A DNA stretch of 41,700 nt, from positions 1 through 41,700 of the forward strand of contig JBBQYK010000002.1 in the NCBI GenBank assembly GCA_038208765.1, given 5' to 3'. The notes beneath the pieces were generated by a model. The model saw only the letters and a program-made list of their open reading frames with translations. It was not told where the DNA came from and did no database searches. This document shows positions 18,702 to 26,871 of this stretch, one piece after another. Position 1 is the first letter of the stretch; every line of letters starts with the position of its first letter. Position numbers and translations under genes: made by a program. The stretch comes from Verrucomicrobiota bacterium (GTDB taxonomy: Bacteria; Verrucomicrobiota; Verrucomicrobiia; Limisphaerales; SIBH01).

Positions 18702-19187
18702 TCAATCCCGGAAATTCTGGAACTGCAACGACACCGGAAACTCGTGCGCCTGCACCGCGCCGATCACCGCCTGCAAATCATCCCGGCTTTTCCCCGTCAC
18801 GCGCACCTGCTGCTCCTGAATCTGCGTCGTGACCTTGAGCTTGGTATCGCGGATGAAGGTCGTGACCTCCTTCGCCGCGGCCGTCTCAATGCCCTGCTTG
18901 ATCTTGATCGACTGCCGCGCGTGGCCGAGTGGCGAGAGATCGGCATCCGGACGGTCGAGGCTTTTCATGCTCACGCCGCGCTTGGCCAGCTTGCTCACGA
19001 CCATTTCCTCCAGCGCCCGAATCTTGAAGGCGTCGGGCGCGATCAGCTTGATTTCATTTTTCTCGAGCGTGATCTCGGCCTTGGTGCCTTTGAAGTCAAA
19101 GCGTTGCGCGAGTTCCTTCTTGGCCTGGTTGACGGCGTTCTCGATCTCCATCGAGTTCACTTCAGAAACAATATCGAATGATGGCAT
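18702..19187 (-). CDS. yajQ: YajQ-family nucleotide (c-di-GMP)-binding protein (UPF0234)
   Basis: MPSFDIVSEV...ENAVNQAKKELAQRFDFKG and a size of 161 aa are diagnostic for YajQ. Confidence 0.9.
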   Translation of the reverse strand: MPSFDIVSEVNSMEIENAVNQAKKELAQRFDFKGTKAEITLEKNEIKLIAPDAFKIRALEEMVVSKLAKRGVSMKSLDRPDADLSPLGHARQSIKIKQGIETAAAKEVTTFIRDTKLKVTTQIQEQQVRVTGKSRDDLQAVIGAVQAHEFPVSLQFQNFRD

Positions 19188-19250
19188 GGCGCGGAGCGTA
19201 GGGAGAATCCTGAAAATCCAAAACCCAAAATGCGGGCGTGGCCAGAAGAT

Positions 19251-19379
19251 ATGGCCAAAGTGGCCCTACTGTTAAAAACGCGGCCGTTGGATGATAAAAT
19301 CGTCCTGACCGGCAACCTCGTGACCAACCTGACCAGGAGTCCAGCCTTCACCAGGCCGAATCAGGCCCGGGGTGATTAG
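19251..19379 (+). CDS. possible 42-aa small ORF (MAKVALLLKTRPLDDKIVLTGNLVTNLTRSPAFTRPNQARGD)
   Basis: Hand-translated; below the ORF-track size cut-off. Alternative in-frame ATG at 19230. G/C-rich third codon positions. The stop lies 17 nt before a strong hairpin. No recognisable family. Confidence 0.2.
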   Translation: MAKVALLLKTRPLDDKIVLTGNLVTNLTRSPAFTRPNQARGD

Positions 19380-19384
19380 GCCAC

Positions 19385-19423
19385 CAAAAAAAGAGAAAGG
19401 CCGGACAACAGGTCCGGCCTTTT
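19385..19423. terminator. bidirectional rho-independent terminator
   Basis: Stem GGCCGGAC(19399-19406)/GTCCGGCC(19412-19419), loop AACAG. TTTT follows on the plus strand. CTCTTTTTTT follows on the minus strand. Confidence 0.65.
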
Positions 19424-19654
19424 CACACACACTGGCTTCTGAGAACTGAAGCGCAGCAACAACGTGAAGAGGTTACCGTACTTCCCCTAGCCCACCAGTC
19501 ACCAGTAGTGGGGACACGCTGGGGAGGAAATAATCCTCAAGTTTTGGCCCCGGCGGGCCGGAGAAACTGGTGGCGGCGAAGCCTGGCAGCTTTCGGGGCT
19601 ATCATCCCAAACCGTGAACCGGTGCCGCCAAAGCCAGATGGCACCAGCGTCAAA

Positions 19655-21535
19655 TTAGCGTGGTCGAGGCTTCTTCTCCGGTTCGATCACTTCATCGCAG
19701 CCGCGTTGGAACAAGTATTCCGCCATGCCGGCGTGGTGAGAATAGACATAGCATTTGTCCAGGCTTAGGAAGGCCCAGAGATTGTAATCTCCGGCCAGCG
19801 GGTGTTCGTCGTCGTAGATGGAGGCGGCCGGCTCGGGTTTTTCTTTGAGGGTCACACCGCCGTCGCCGTCGGGATCGTCGTTCTCATCCTCGTCGTCATC
19901 CTCGCGATTCCACGGAGCCTCGGGGAGGGGAGCGAGTTCACCGGGGGCAAATTCCTTGGGATCGACTTTGCCGCCGGCCTGCTTGCGAAGTTCGTAGCGG
20001 TGGAGGCGTTCGAGGTAATCTTGACGCTCTTGATGCGAGCGTTCCCATTCGGCCTCGTCGCGCTCACGATCAAACTTTTCCTGCAATTTCTTTTGCGCCT
20101 TGGTGGGTGGGGGCGGGGGCGCGGTGAGCCGGACGGTGAAGCAGACCTGGTAGTCGGGCCGGAGCCGGGCGAGACATTCGCGGATGGCCTCGATGGCGAG
20201 GGGGATTTTATCCAGGAGTCCGTAGGATTGAAACTCGATGCCGAGGGAGCGGCCCGTCGGATGAATGATGTGGGGATGAAATGTCTGCTGGTCGTGGAGG
20301 TCAAATTGCGGCGCGCCCCAGTCGCTGGTGCCGAGTTTTTTATTAATGGCGCGGCGCAGATAGCGGTTGGCCCAGCGGAGTTCACGCGCGCGCAGGCCGA
20401 TGTCGATCTGTTCCGGCTCGTCGGGCAGGCGTTGGTTTTCCCGGGCGTAGGGAATTTTATCGGTCGGCCAGGCCATAAGCCGCCACGCCGGCAGGGGACG
20501 CGGCTGCGGCAGGAGATAGAGATCGCCCCAGGAGGGCAGGCCGGCCTGAATGGCGGCGGCTTCGGTTTCCAGCATGGGATTGCCGATGATTTCCAACTCG
20601 CACAGCGCGGGCGCTTCCACGAGCGGCGCGAGGTCGCGCGGCTTGACGGGGCGCACGCGAAGCTTGTGCTGGGTGTTAAAGCACAGGAAGCGCAGGCCGG
20701 GCACGCGGGCGAGCGGGGTGACATCAATCGGCTCATGATCCTGGGCGATGAAACAGGTCAGGGCGGTGAGCTGGGTGAGCGGCTCGAAGCTCTCGGCCGG
20801 CGTGGAGAGGATGAGATTGCGCAGGCGCGGGAAGGCCTCGATGCCGTCGAGCATTTCAATGCCGCCGATGGAGAGGAATTCGCAGAGCGGCAGTTGCGGG
20901 AGATCGCGGACGTTGCGGGCCTCGAGCGGATCGCATTTCAGGCTGGCGAACTTGACCTTGGGAAAAACCGCGCGCTCGAACACGAGGAGGTTGCCTTCGA
21001 GCAGCAGTGATTCAACGGCGGGCAGATCCGAGAGTCCCTGCACGTCGGGCCAGTGCTTAAGTAATTTCAACTGGAGATCGTGCAACCCGGTGCAACGGGC
21101 AATGGGCCGCAAATCGCGGCAGGTGAAGCTGCTGAAGTGCAACGCACGCAGCCTGGGCAACTCGGCGAGTGGCGAAACGTCGGTGATCTCCGTGTGCTGC
21201 AAATGCACGGTCTCCAATTGGGGGAAAAAGCGCAGCACTTGGAGGTCGCGAATGGGGCGCTCGTCGTGCGAACAAAACTGCGACCACTCTTTGATGTCCG
21301 GGAAAACTTCGGCGCAGCGCCGGAGGGTCTGTTCGGTGTAGCGCGGATCATAGGCGGGATTGAAAGCGCGCTGGCGATCGCGCTCGGCGATGGCGTCGTA
21401 ATTGAAAGGCTCGTGGATTTTGTGGCGTGATTTCCACCGAGTCATCCCGAGCTCCAGCAACAATTCCGTGGTGTACCGTTCTTCGACGGTTCGCGCGTCA
21501 TCCAACGCCCAGGCAACAAAAGCTTCCGTGTCCAT
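19655..21535 (-). CDS. leucine-rich-repeat protein with an acidic C-terminal region, function unknown
   Basis: Trimmed to the ATG at 21535 (MDTEAFVAWALD...). Repeated LxxLxL units (LQVLRFFPQLETVHLQHTEITDVSPLAELPRLRALHF...). DDDEDENDDPDGDGG lies near the C-terminus. The antisense 402-aa ORF is Arg/Gly/Ala-rich and was rejected. Confidence 0.55.
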   Translation of the reverse strand: MDTEAFVAWALDDARTVEERYTTELLLELGMTRWKSRHKIHEPFNYDAIAERDRQRAFNPAYDPRYTEQTLRRCAEVFPDIKEWSQFCSHDERPIRDLQVLRFFPQLETVHLQHTEITDVSPLAELPRLRALHFSSFTCRDLRPIARCTGLHDLQLKLLKHWPDVQGLSDLPAVESLLLEGNLLVFERAVFPKVKFASLKCDPLEARNVRDLPQLPLCEFLSIGGIEMLDGIEAFPRLRNLILSTPAESFEPLTQLTALTCFIAQDHEPIDVTPLARVPGLRFLCFNTQHKLRVRPVKPRDLAPLVEAPALCELEIIGNPMLETEAAAIQAGLPSWGDLYLLPQPRPLPAWRLMAWPTDKIPYARENQRLPDEPEQIDIGLRARELRWANRYLRRAINKKLGTSDWGAPQFDLHDQQTFHPHIIHPTGRSLGIEFQSYGLLDKIPLAIEAIRECLARLRPDYQVCFTVRLTAPPPPPTKAQKKLQEKFDRERDEAEWERSHQERQDYLERLHRYELRKQAGGKVDPKEFAPGELAPLPEAPWNREDDDEDENDDPDGDGGVTLKEKPEPAASIYDDEHPLAGDYNLWAFLSLDKCYVYSHHAGMAEYLFQRGCDEVIEPEKKPRPR

Positions 21536-21675
21536 GGGGCCGGAGGCTGCCAGAAGCAATCGCCCGTGCCAAGTGCGGGCGCGCGGGACCTTCCATCCGG
21601 CGTAACCCCAAAAGGACACCCACCCGAGCGCGGGGCGCTTTGACTTGCCGCACCGCGCCGCCTAGCCTCGCGGGC

Positions 21676-23232
21676 ATGGCGGGAGATGCGATGGAGAAAT
21701 GGCGGAAGATCAGCGCGCGCGCGCGGGATTTTTTCCTGGAGCACGACATCGCGGCGAATGTTGATTACACCCACTCGCGGCTGCATCGCTTCGCGCACTT
21801 CTGGCTGCTCGTCGGAAAAAGTTTCAACCGCAACCGCTGCCCCGTCCGCGCGGCCTCGCTCGCCTACACCACCTTGCTCGCGCTGGTTCCGCTGCTCGCG
21901 GTGGGCGTGAGCATCACCACCGCCATGCTGCAAAAGCAGGGCGACAAGCCGGCCGAGGAACTCATCGGCAAGCTGGTGAACTATGTCGCGCCCGCGCTTG
22001 ATCTCCAGGCGCGACCGTTGTGGGCTGATGCGCTGCCCATGGACGAGGAGGAGGCGGCGTTCTTCGGCATCACCAACGCCAATTATTTTTCCACCGGCAC
22101 CAACTCCTTGGGCGGCACGAACTCTGTTTCCAGCAGCACCAACGCGCCGACCTTCACCGGACAGCAGCGCGTCGTGAAACAGCTCACCGGTTTCATCGCC
22201 AACATCCACACGGGCCGGCTCACGACCGTCGGCGTGCTGGCGCTGCTCTTCATCGGCATCTCACTACTGCGCACCATCGAGGCGACCTTCAATGACATCT
22301 GGGGCGTGGCCGACGGGCGCGGCTGGTTCAAGAGCATCGTGTATTACTGGACCACGATCACACTCGGGCCGCTCGTGCTGGTCGGAACCATCACGCTCAC
22401 GACCAGCCCCAGAATGGAGTCCTCGCGCGCGTGGCTGGATCAAGTGCCGTGGCTGGGCGCGACGGTGGTTCACCTGCTGCCGTTCGTAATTCTCAGCTTC
22501 GGCTTCGCGGCGTTCTACGCGCTGATTCCGAATACGAAAGTCCATTTCCGCGCGGCGCTGGTCGGCGGCATCATCGGCGGCTCGCTCTGGCAGTTGAACA
22601 ATTTGATCAGCGTGCTCTACGTCTCGCAAGTAATGACCTACACGAACATTTACGGCAGCCTCGGCATCTTCCCGCTCTTCCTCATCGGGATGTATCTCTC
22701 GTGGCTCATCATGCTCTTCGGCGCGCAGGTCGCCTACGCGTGGCAAAATCGCGAGAGCTACGTGCAGGAGAAACAGGCCGAGACGGTGAACCAGCGCGGG
22801 CGGGAATTCCTGGCCCTGCGCCTGATGACGCACGTCGCACGGAACTTCGTCTCGGGCGAACGTCCGTTGTCGGCGCTGGAACTCTCGCGGCAACTGACCG
22901 TGCCCAGCCAGCTCACCCAGCGCGTGCTCTGCGCGCTGGTGCAAAACCGTCTGCTCGTGGAAGTCTTGGATGGCGAGGCGCGCTACAGTCCGGGCCGGCC
23001 CCTCGACCGCATTAGCGCGTATCAGGTCGTAACGGCGCTACGCGCCGGCGGCGGGAGCGAACTGGCGACGACAGATGATGAATCGCGCCTCGTGGTGCGG
23101 GCGGAATTCGAGCGCATGGTGCTGGCCGAGCGCGAGGCCGGGGCCGGCGTGACCATGCAATCGATGGCGGAACTGACGGCGAAGCAGATTGGCGACACGG
23201 CGCGTCCGGTATTGGGGAAACCCGTGGATTGA
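21676..23232 (+). CDS. YihY/BrkB-family membrane protein with an extra C-terminal soluble (winged-helix-like) region
   Basis: Trimmed to the ATG at 21676. RAASLAYTTLLALVPLLAV and multiple TM spans are typical of YihY. The C-terminal roughly 170 aa are non-membrane (LSALELSRQLTVPSQLTQRVLCALVQNRLL). Confidence 0.78.
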   Translation: MAGDAMEKWRKISARARDFFLEHDIAANVDYTHSRLHRFAHFWLLVGKSFNRNRCPVRAASLAYTTLLALVPLLAVGVSITTAMLQKQGDKPAEELIGKLVNYVAPALDLQARPLWADALPMDEEEAAFFGITNANYFSTGTNSLGGTNSVSSSTNAPTFTGQQRVVKQLTGFIANIHTGRLTTVGVLALLFIGISLLRTIEATFNDIWGVADGRGWFKSIVYYWTTITLGPLVLVGTITLTTSPRMESSRAWLDQVPWLGATVVHLLPFVILSFGFAAFYALIPNTKVHFRAALVGGIIGGSLWQLNNLISVLYVSQVMTYTNIYGSLGIFPLFLIGMYLSWLIMLFGAQVAYAWQNRESYVQEKQAETVNQRGREFLALRLMTHVARNFVSGERPLSALELSRQLTVPSQLTQRVLCALVQNRLLVEVLDGEARYSPGRPLDRISAYQVVTALRAGGGSELATTDDESRLVVRAEFERMVLAEREAGAGVTMQSMAELTAKQIGDTARPVLGKPVD

Positions 23233-23358
23233 GCAGCCAATTTTTCCCGAGGATTAGGGGCGGACAGGGATAAGAGGGAAAAAATCTCCGTCCGCCCCAA
23301 ACCCCCGGGCAAATTTCTTCTCGCGCCTTTCACGCCGGCGGCAATACTTCCCGCACTC

Positions 23359-25545
23359 GTGAACGCCCCGGCTCCAGCTTTGTTGCCCGTCCTCAAGCAA
23401 TACTTCGGCTTCGACTCGTTCCGTCCGTTGCAGGAGGAAATCATCCGCGACTCGCTGGCGGGCAAGGACGTGTTCGCGCTGCTGCCCACGGGCGGCGGCA
23501 AATCGCTCTGCTTCCAACTGCCCGCGCTGGTGCGGCCCGGACTCACCGTGGTCGTGTCGCCGTTGATTGCGTTGATGAAAGATCAGGTGGACGCGATGCA
23601 GGCCAGCGGCGTGGCGGCGACGTTTCTGAATTCCTCGCTCACGCCGGATGAAGGGCGCGCGCGTCTGCGCGGCCTGCATAATGGCGAGTATCGCCTGCTC
23701 TACGTCGCGCCCGAGCGCCTGATGCTCAGCGGGTTTCTCAGCGACTTGCAGCGTTGGAATGTCGCGCTCATCGCCGTGGACGAGGCGCATTGCATCAGCG
23801 AGTGGGGCCACGATTTCCGCCCGGAGTACCGGCAGATTTCCCAGTTGCGCGAGCTGTTTCCGAACGTGCCGTTCATGGCCCTCACCGCCACGGCCACGGA
23901 TCGCGTGCGCGCGGACATCGTCAAGCATCTGAAGTTGCGCGAGGCAGGTTGCTACGTCGCGAGCTTCAATCGTCCGAACCTCACCTACCGCGTCATTCCG
24001 AAGTCGGGCGCGTATGAGCAGGCGTTGGAATTCCTCCGCGCGCGGCCCGGCGAGAGCGGCATCATCTATTGCCAGAGCCGCAAGAGCGCGGAGAGCGTGG
24101 CGTCGAACTTGAACGAAGACGGCGTGAAGGCGCGACCGTATCACGCGGGTCTCGAAGCGAAAGAGCGCAGCAAGAATCAGGAATTGTTTCTCCGCGACGA
24201 GGTGCGCGTGATCTGCGCGACGATTGCCTTCGGCATGGGCATCAACAAGCCGAACGTGCGCTTCGTCATCCATCACGACCTGCCGAAGAACGTCGAGGGC
24301 TACTATCAGGAGACGGGCCGCGCGGGCCGCGACGGATTGCCGAGCGAATGCCTGCTGCTCTTCAGCGCGGGCGACGTGGTGAAGCAGCGTGGCTTCATTG
24401 ATGAGAAGCCGGAACCCGAGCGCACCATCGCCCGCGAGCAGTTGCAGCAGATGGTCCACTACGCCGAAAGCGCGGACTGCCGGCGTGCGTCGTTGCTCGA
24501 TTATTTCAGTGAAGAATTTCCCGGTGACAACTGCGGCGGCTGCGACAACTGCCTCAGTCCGCGCGAGACGTTCGACGGCACGTTGCACGCGCAGAAATTT
24601 CTCTCCTGCATTTACCGCATCCGCGAGAAGAGCACCTTCGGCGTGGGGTTGAATCACGTCATAGAAGTGCTGACCGGGTCGTCCTCCGAAAAGGTGCGGA
24701 AGTTCGGGCACGAAACGCTCTCCACCTACGGCATCGGCAAGGACGTGGGCCGCGTGGAGTGGGGCGCGATTGGCCGCGAGCTGATCCGGCTCGGCTACGC
24801 GCGGCAGGACGCGGCGCGTTTCAACGTCGTGGAACTCACCGCCGAAGGCCGCGCCGTGCTCACGCAACGCAAGTCCGTGCAACTCACCAAGCCGATGAAA
24901 GTGCCGGAGCGCCGCGAACACGCCGCGGGCGAAATCGCCTGCGACGAGGGGCTGTTCGAGCGGTTGCGCGGCTTGCGAAAACGTCTCGCGGACGAGCGCG
25001 GCGTGCCGCCTTACATCGTGTTCTCGGACGTGGCACTGCGGCAGATGGCGCGGGTGTATCCGACGAGTGAGAACGAGTTCACGCGCATCAGCGGCGTGGG
25101 TCAGGTGAAGCTGCGCGACTTCGGCGAAACCTTCATCGGGGAGATCAACAGTTTCCTCGCCAGCAACCCGCGCCAGATTTTTGCCGACGATTCCTTCGCC
25201 GCGCCGCCTCCAGCGCGCAGCCGGCTGAACGACACCGCGCGCGAGACGCTGCGCCATTTCCGCGCCGGACGCAGCGTCGAGGAAATCGCCAGGGCGCGAA
25301 TGCTCGCCTTCAGCACGATTTGCGGACACCTCACCACAGCGGCGGACGCGGGCGAAGTGATTGATCTAAATCAGTTGCTCACGACGGAGGAGCAGGAGGC
25401 GATACGCACGTCGTTCAAGAAATGCGGTTTCGGCAATCTCGTCGGCGCGCACGAATACCTTTCCGCGAAGTTCGACATGAGCCTGCTCCGCCTCTGCCGC
25501 GCGGTGCAGCAGCGTGCCCCCGGCATCCTGCCGGGTCGGGATTAA
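23359..25545 (+). CDS. recQ: ATP-dependent DNA helicase RecQ
   Basis: FGFDSFRPLQEEII, LLPTGGGKSLCFQLPA, AVDEAHCISEWGHDFRPEY, Zn-finger CRRASLLDYF...CGGCDNC, and an HRDC-like LFERLRGLRKRLADERGVPPYIVFSD, plus a further C-terminal helical domain. Confidence 0.93.
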   Translation: MNAPAPALLPVLKQYFGFDSFRPLQEEIIRDSLAGKDVFALLPTGGGKSLCFQLPALVRPGLTVVVSPLIALMKDQVDAMQASGVAATFLNSSLTPDEGRARLRGLHNGEYRLLYVAPERLMLSGFLSDLQRWNVALIAVDEAHCISEWGHDFRPEYRQISQLRELFPNVPFMALTATATDRVRADIVKHLKLREAGCYVASFNRPNLTYRVIPKSGAYEQALEFLRARPGESGIIYCQSRKSAESVASNLNEDGVKARPYHAGLEAKERSKNQELFLRDEVRVICATIAFGMGINKPNVRFVIHHDLPKNVEGYYQETGRAGRDGLPSECLLLFSAGDVVKQRGFIDEKPEPERTIAREQLQQMVHYAESADCRRASLLDYFSEEFPGDNCGGCDNCLSPRETFDGTLHAQKFLSCIYRIREKSTFGVGLNHVIEVLTGSSSEKVRKFGHETLSTYGIGKDVGRVEWGAIGRELIRLGYARQDAARFNVVELTAEGRAVLTQRKSVQLTKPMKVPERREHAAGEIACDEGLFERLRGLRKRLADERGVPPYIVFSDVALRQMARVYPTSENEFTRISGVGQVKLRDFGETFIGEINSFLASNPRQIFADDSFAAPPPARSRLNDTARETLRHFRAGRSVEEIARARMLAFSTICGHLTTAADAGEVIDLNQLLTTEEQEAIRTSFKKCGFGNLVGAHEYLSAKFDMSLLRLCRAVQQRAPGILPGRD

Positions 25546-25587
25546 ATGACGGGAAGCGCCGCTCTCATGTCGAGCAGCGCCCGGCGT

Positions 25588-25612
25588 CCTCATGCTTCCA
25601 ACCGGCGGGACG
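25588..25612 (+). repeat. 25-nt repeat copy A (CCAACCGGCGGGACGCCGGGGGCAC)
   Basis: Read directly. Matches copy C at 24/25. Contains the mini-hairpin CCGGCG-GGA-CGCCGG. Lies 58 nt upstream of the 25670 start. Confidence 0.9.
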
Positions 25613-25669
25613 CCGGGGGCACGTCAGAGTTGTATCAAATTTCAAACGCTTCCAAACTCACCGCGTCGA

Positions 25670-26689
25670 ATGCACATGAGATCGCACCTTGGCCTTGTTT
25701 TGCTCCTGACCGCCTTGTTCGCCGCCCGCGCGGCGGACACGAAGACGCCGGACATCACGCCGGAAATCTACGGCGGCTGGAACGGCGGCCTCGTGATGCG
25801 CGGCGGCGATGCCAAGGCCGTGGTCGTGCCGGCGGTCGGCGGGCGTGTGCTGAATTTTTCCCTGAACGGCGAGAACATCCTGTTCGACAACCCCGACGCG
25901 AACGGGCGCACGCTCTTGAACTCGTCGAACTTCTGGGCCGGCGGTTATCAGCTTGATGTCGGGCCGGAGTTGCGCGGGATTCCCGATCACAAATGGCTTT
26001 GGCAGGGCCCGTGGGGCTGGCGTGTGCCGCGGCCGTTCACCGTCCACACGTTCAGCCAGGCGGAAATGACCCTCGGCGTGCAGCTCGAAAAAGAATTCGT
26101 CATTGATCCCGACACCGGCGACCTCGGCGTCACGCAGCGGATGCGCAACGTCATTTCTAACGACGTATCGTTCTGTCTGTGGGACCGCACGCTCTGCAAG
26201 GCGGGCGGCTACGTGCTCATGCCGTTGAACAAGCGCAGCCGCTTCAAAGCGGGCTGGGCCATCCGGCGGGGGAAGCGCGTGCCAGAATATCGTTACGACG
26301 GCGACCGCCCGAGCGACGAGCGCGTGCGCGTGCTGGACGGCGTGCTCTTGGCCCAGGCGAAGGCGTTGCCGGAGACGCCGAACTTGAAACTCGGCACGGA
26401 CAGTGACGCGGGCTGGATCGCCTACGCGCGCGGGCGGATTCTGTTCGTGAAGTATTTTCCCGTGTTCCGCGATGGCAACTACAGCGACGGCGGCAACACC
26501 GTGGAGTTTTACTGCGACCGCCGCGTGGCCGAACTCGAACCGCTCTCGCCCGAAGTGACCATGAAGCCAGGCGAGTCGTATTCGTTCCCCGAGAAGTGGG
26601 TGCTGATCGAACTGCCCAAGGAAGTCGCCGGCTACGAACACGCGCGCTCGCTGGTGAAGATGATCCCGAAGTCTCCGTTCGCGAAGTGA
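25670..26689 (+). CDS. secreted hypothetical protein (possible mutarotase-like/DUF4380-like beta-sandwich)
   Basis: Trimmed to the ATG at 25670. Signal MHMRSHLGLVLLLTALFAARA. The family assignment is only a weak recollection. Confidence 0.55.
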   Translation: MHMRSHLGLVLLLTALFAARAADTKTPDITPEIYGGWNGGLVMRGGDAKAVVVPAVGGRVLNFSLNGENILFDNPDANGRTLLNSSNFWAGGYQLDVGPELRGIPDHKWLWQGPWGWRVPRPFTVHTFSQAEMTLGVQLEKEFVIDPDTGDLGVTQRMRNVISNDVSFCLWDRTLCKAGGYVLMPLNKRSRFKAGWAIRRGKRVPEYRYDGDRPSDERVRVLDGVLLAQAKALPETPNLKLGTDSDAGWIAYARGRILFVKYFPVFRDGNYSDGGNTVEFYCDRRVAELEPLSPEVTMKPGESYSFPEKWVLIELPKEVAGYEHARSLVKMIPKSPFAK

Positions 26690-26697
26690 GAAGGAAC

Positions 26698-26722
26698 GTG
26701 CCCCCGGCGTCCCGCCGGGTGG
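26698..26722 (-). repeat. 25-nt repeat copy B (exact reverse complement of copy C)
   Basis: GTGCCCCCGGCGTCCCGCCGGGTGG, starting 9 nt after the stop at 26689. Confidence 0.9.
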
Positions 26723-26778
26723 AAATGTGCTGACTTCGAGCGTGGCTCGACACGCCAGCAACGTGCATCGTCATTTGC

Positions 26779-26803
26779 CCACCCGGCGGGACGCCGGGGG
26801 CAC
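26779..26803 (+). repeat. 25-nt repeat copy C (CCACCCGGCGGGACGCCGGGGGCAC)
   Basis: Forms a perfect 25-bp inverted repeat with copy B across a 56-nt spacer. Confidence 0.9.
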
Positions 26804-26871
26804 ACTCCGCGACGCATCACATGAATCCGCTTTTACGCCCCAAACCCCTTCCGCTAACGTCCGTCCCACGC

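Noticed and set aside
19296-19386. Possible SRP (4.5S) RNA, because of the CCTGACCAGG/GGTCAGG-like strings
   Set aside because: Neither strand contains the invariant helix-8 core (GGUCC-GGAA-GGAAGCAGCC-like tetraloop region). No end-to-end long hairpin of the 4.5S type could be drawn.
23254-25329. 691-aa ORF on the minus strand
   Set aside because: It lies entirely antisense to recQ, whose motifs are unambiguous. It is Arg/Ala/Gly/His-rich with no motifs, as expected for a shadow ORF in high-GC DNA.
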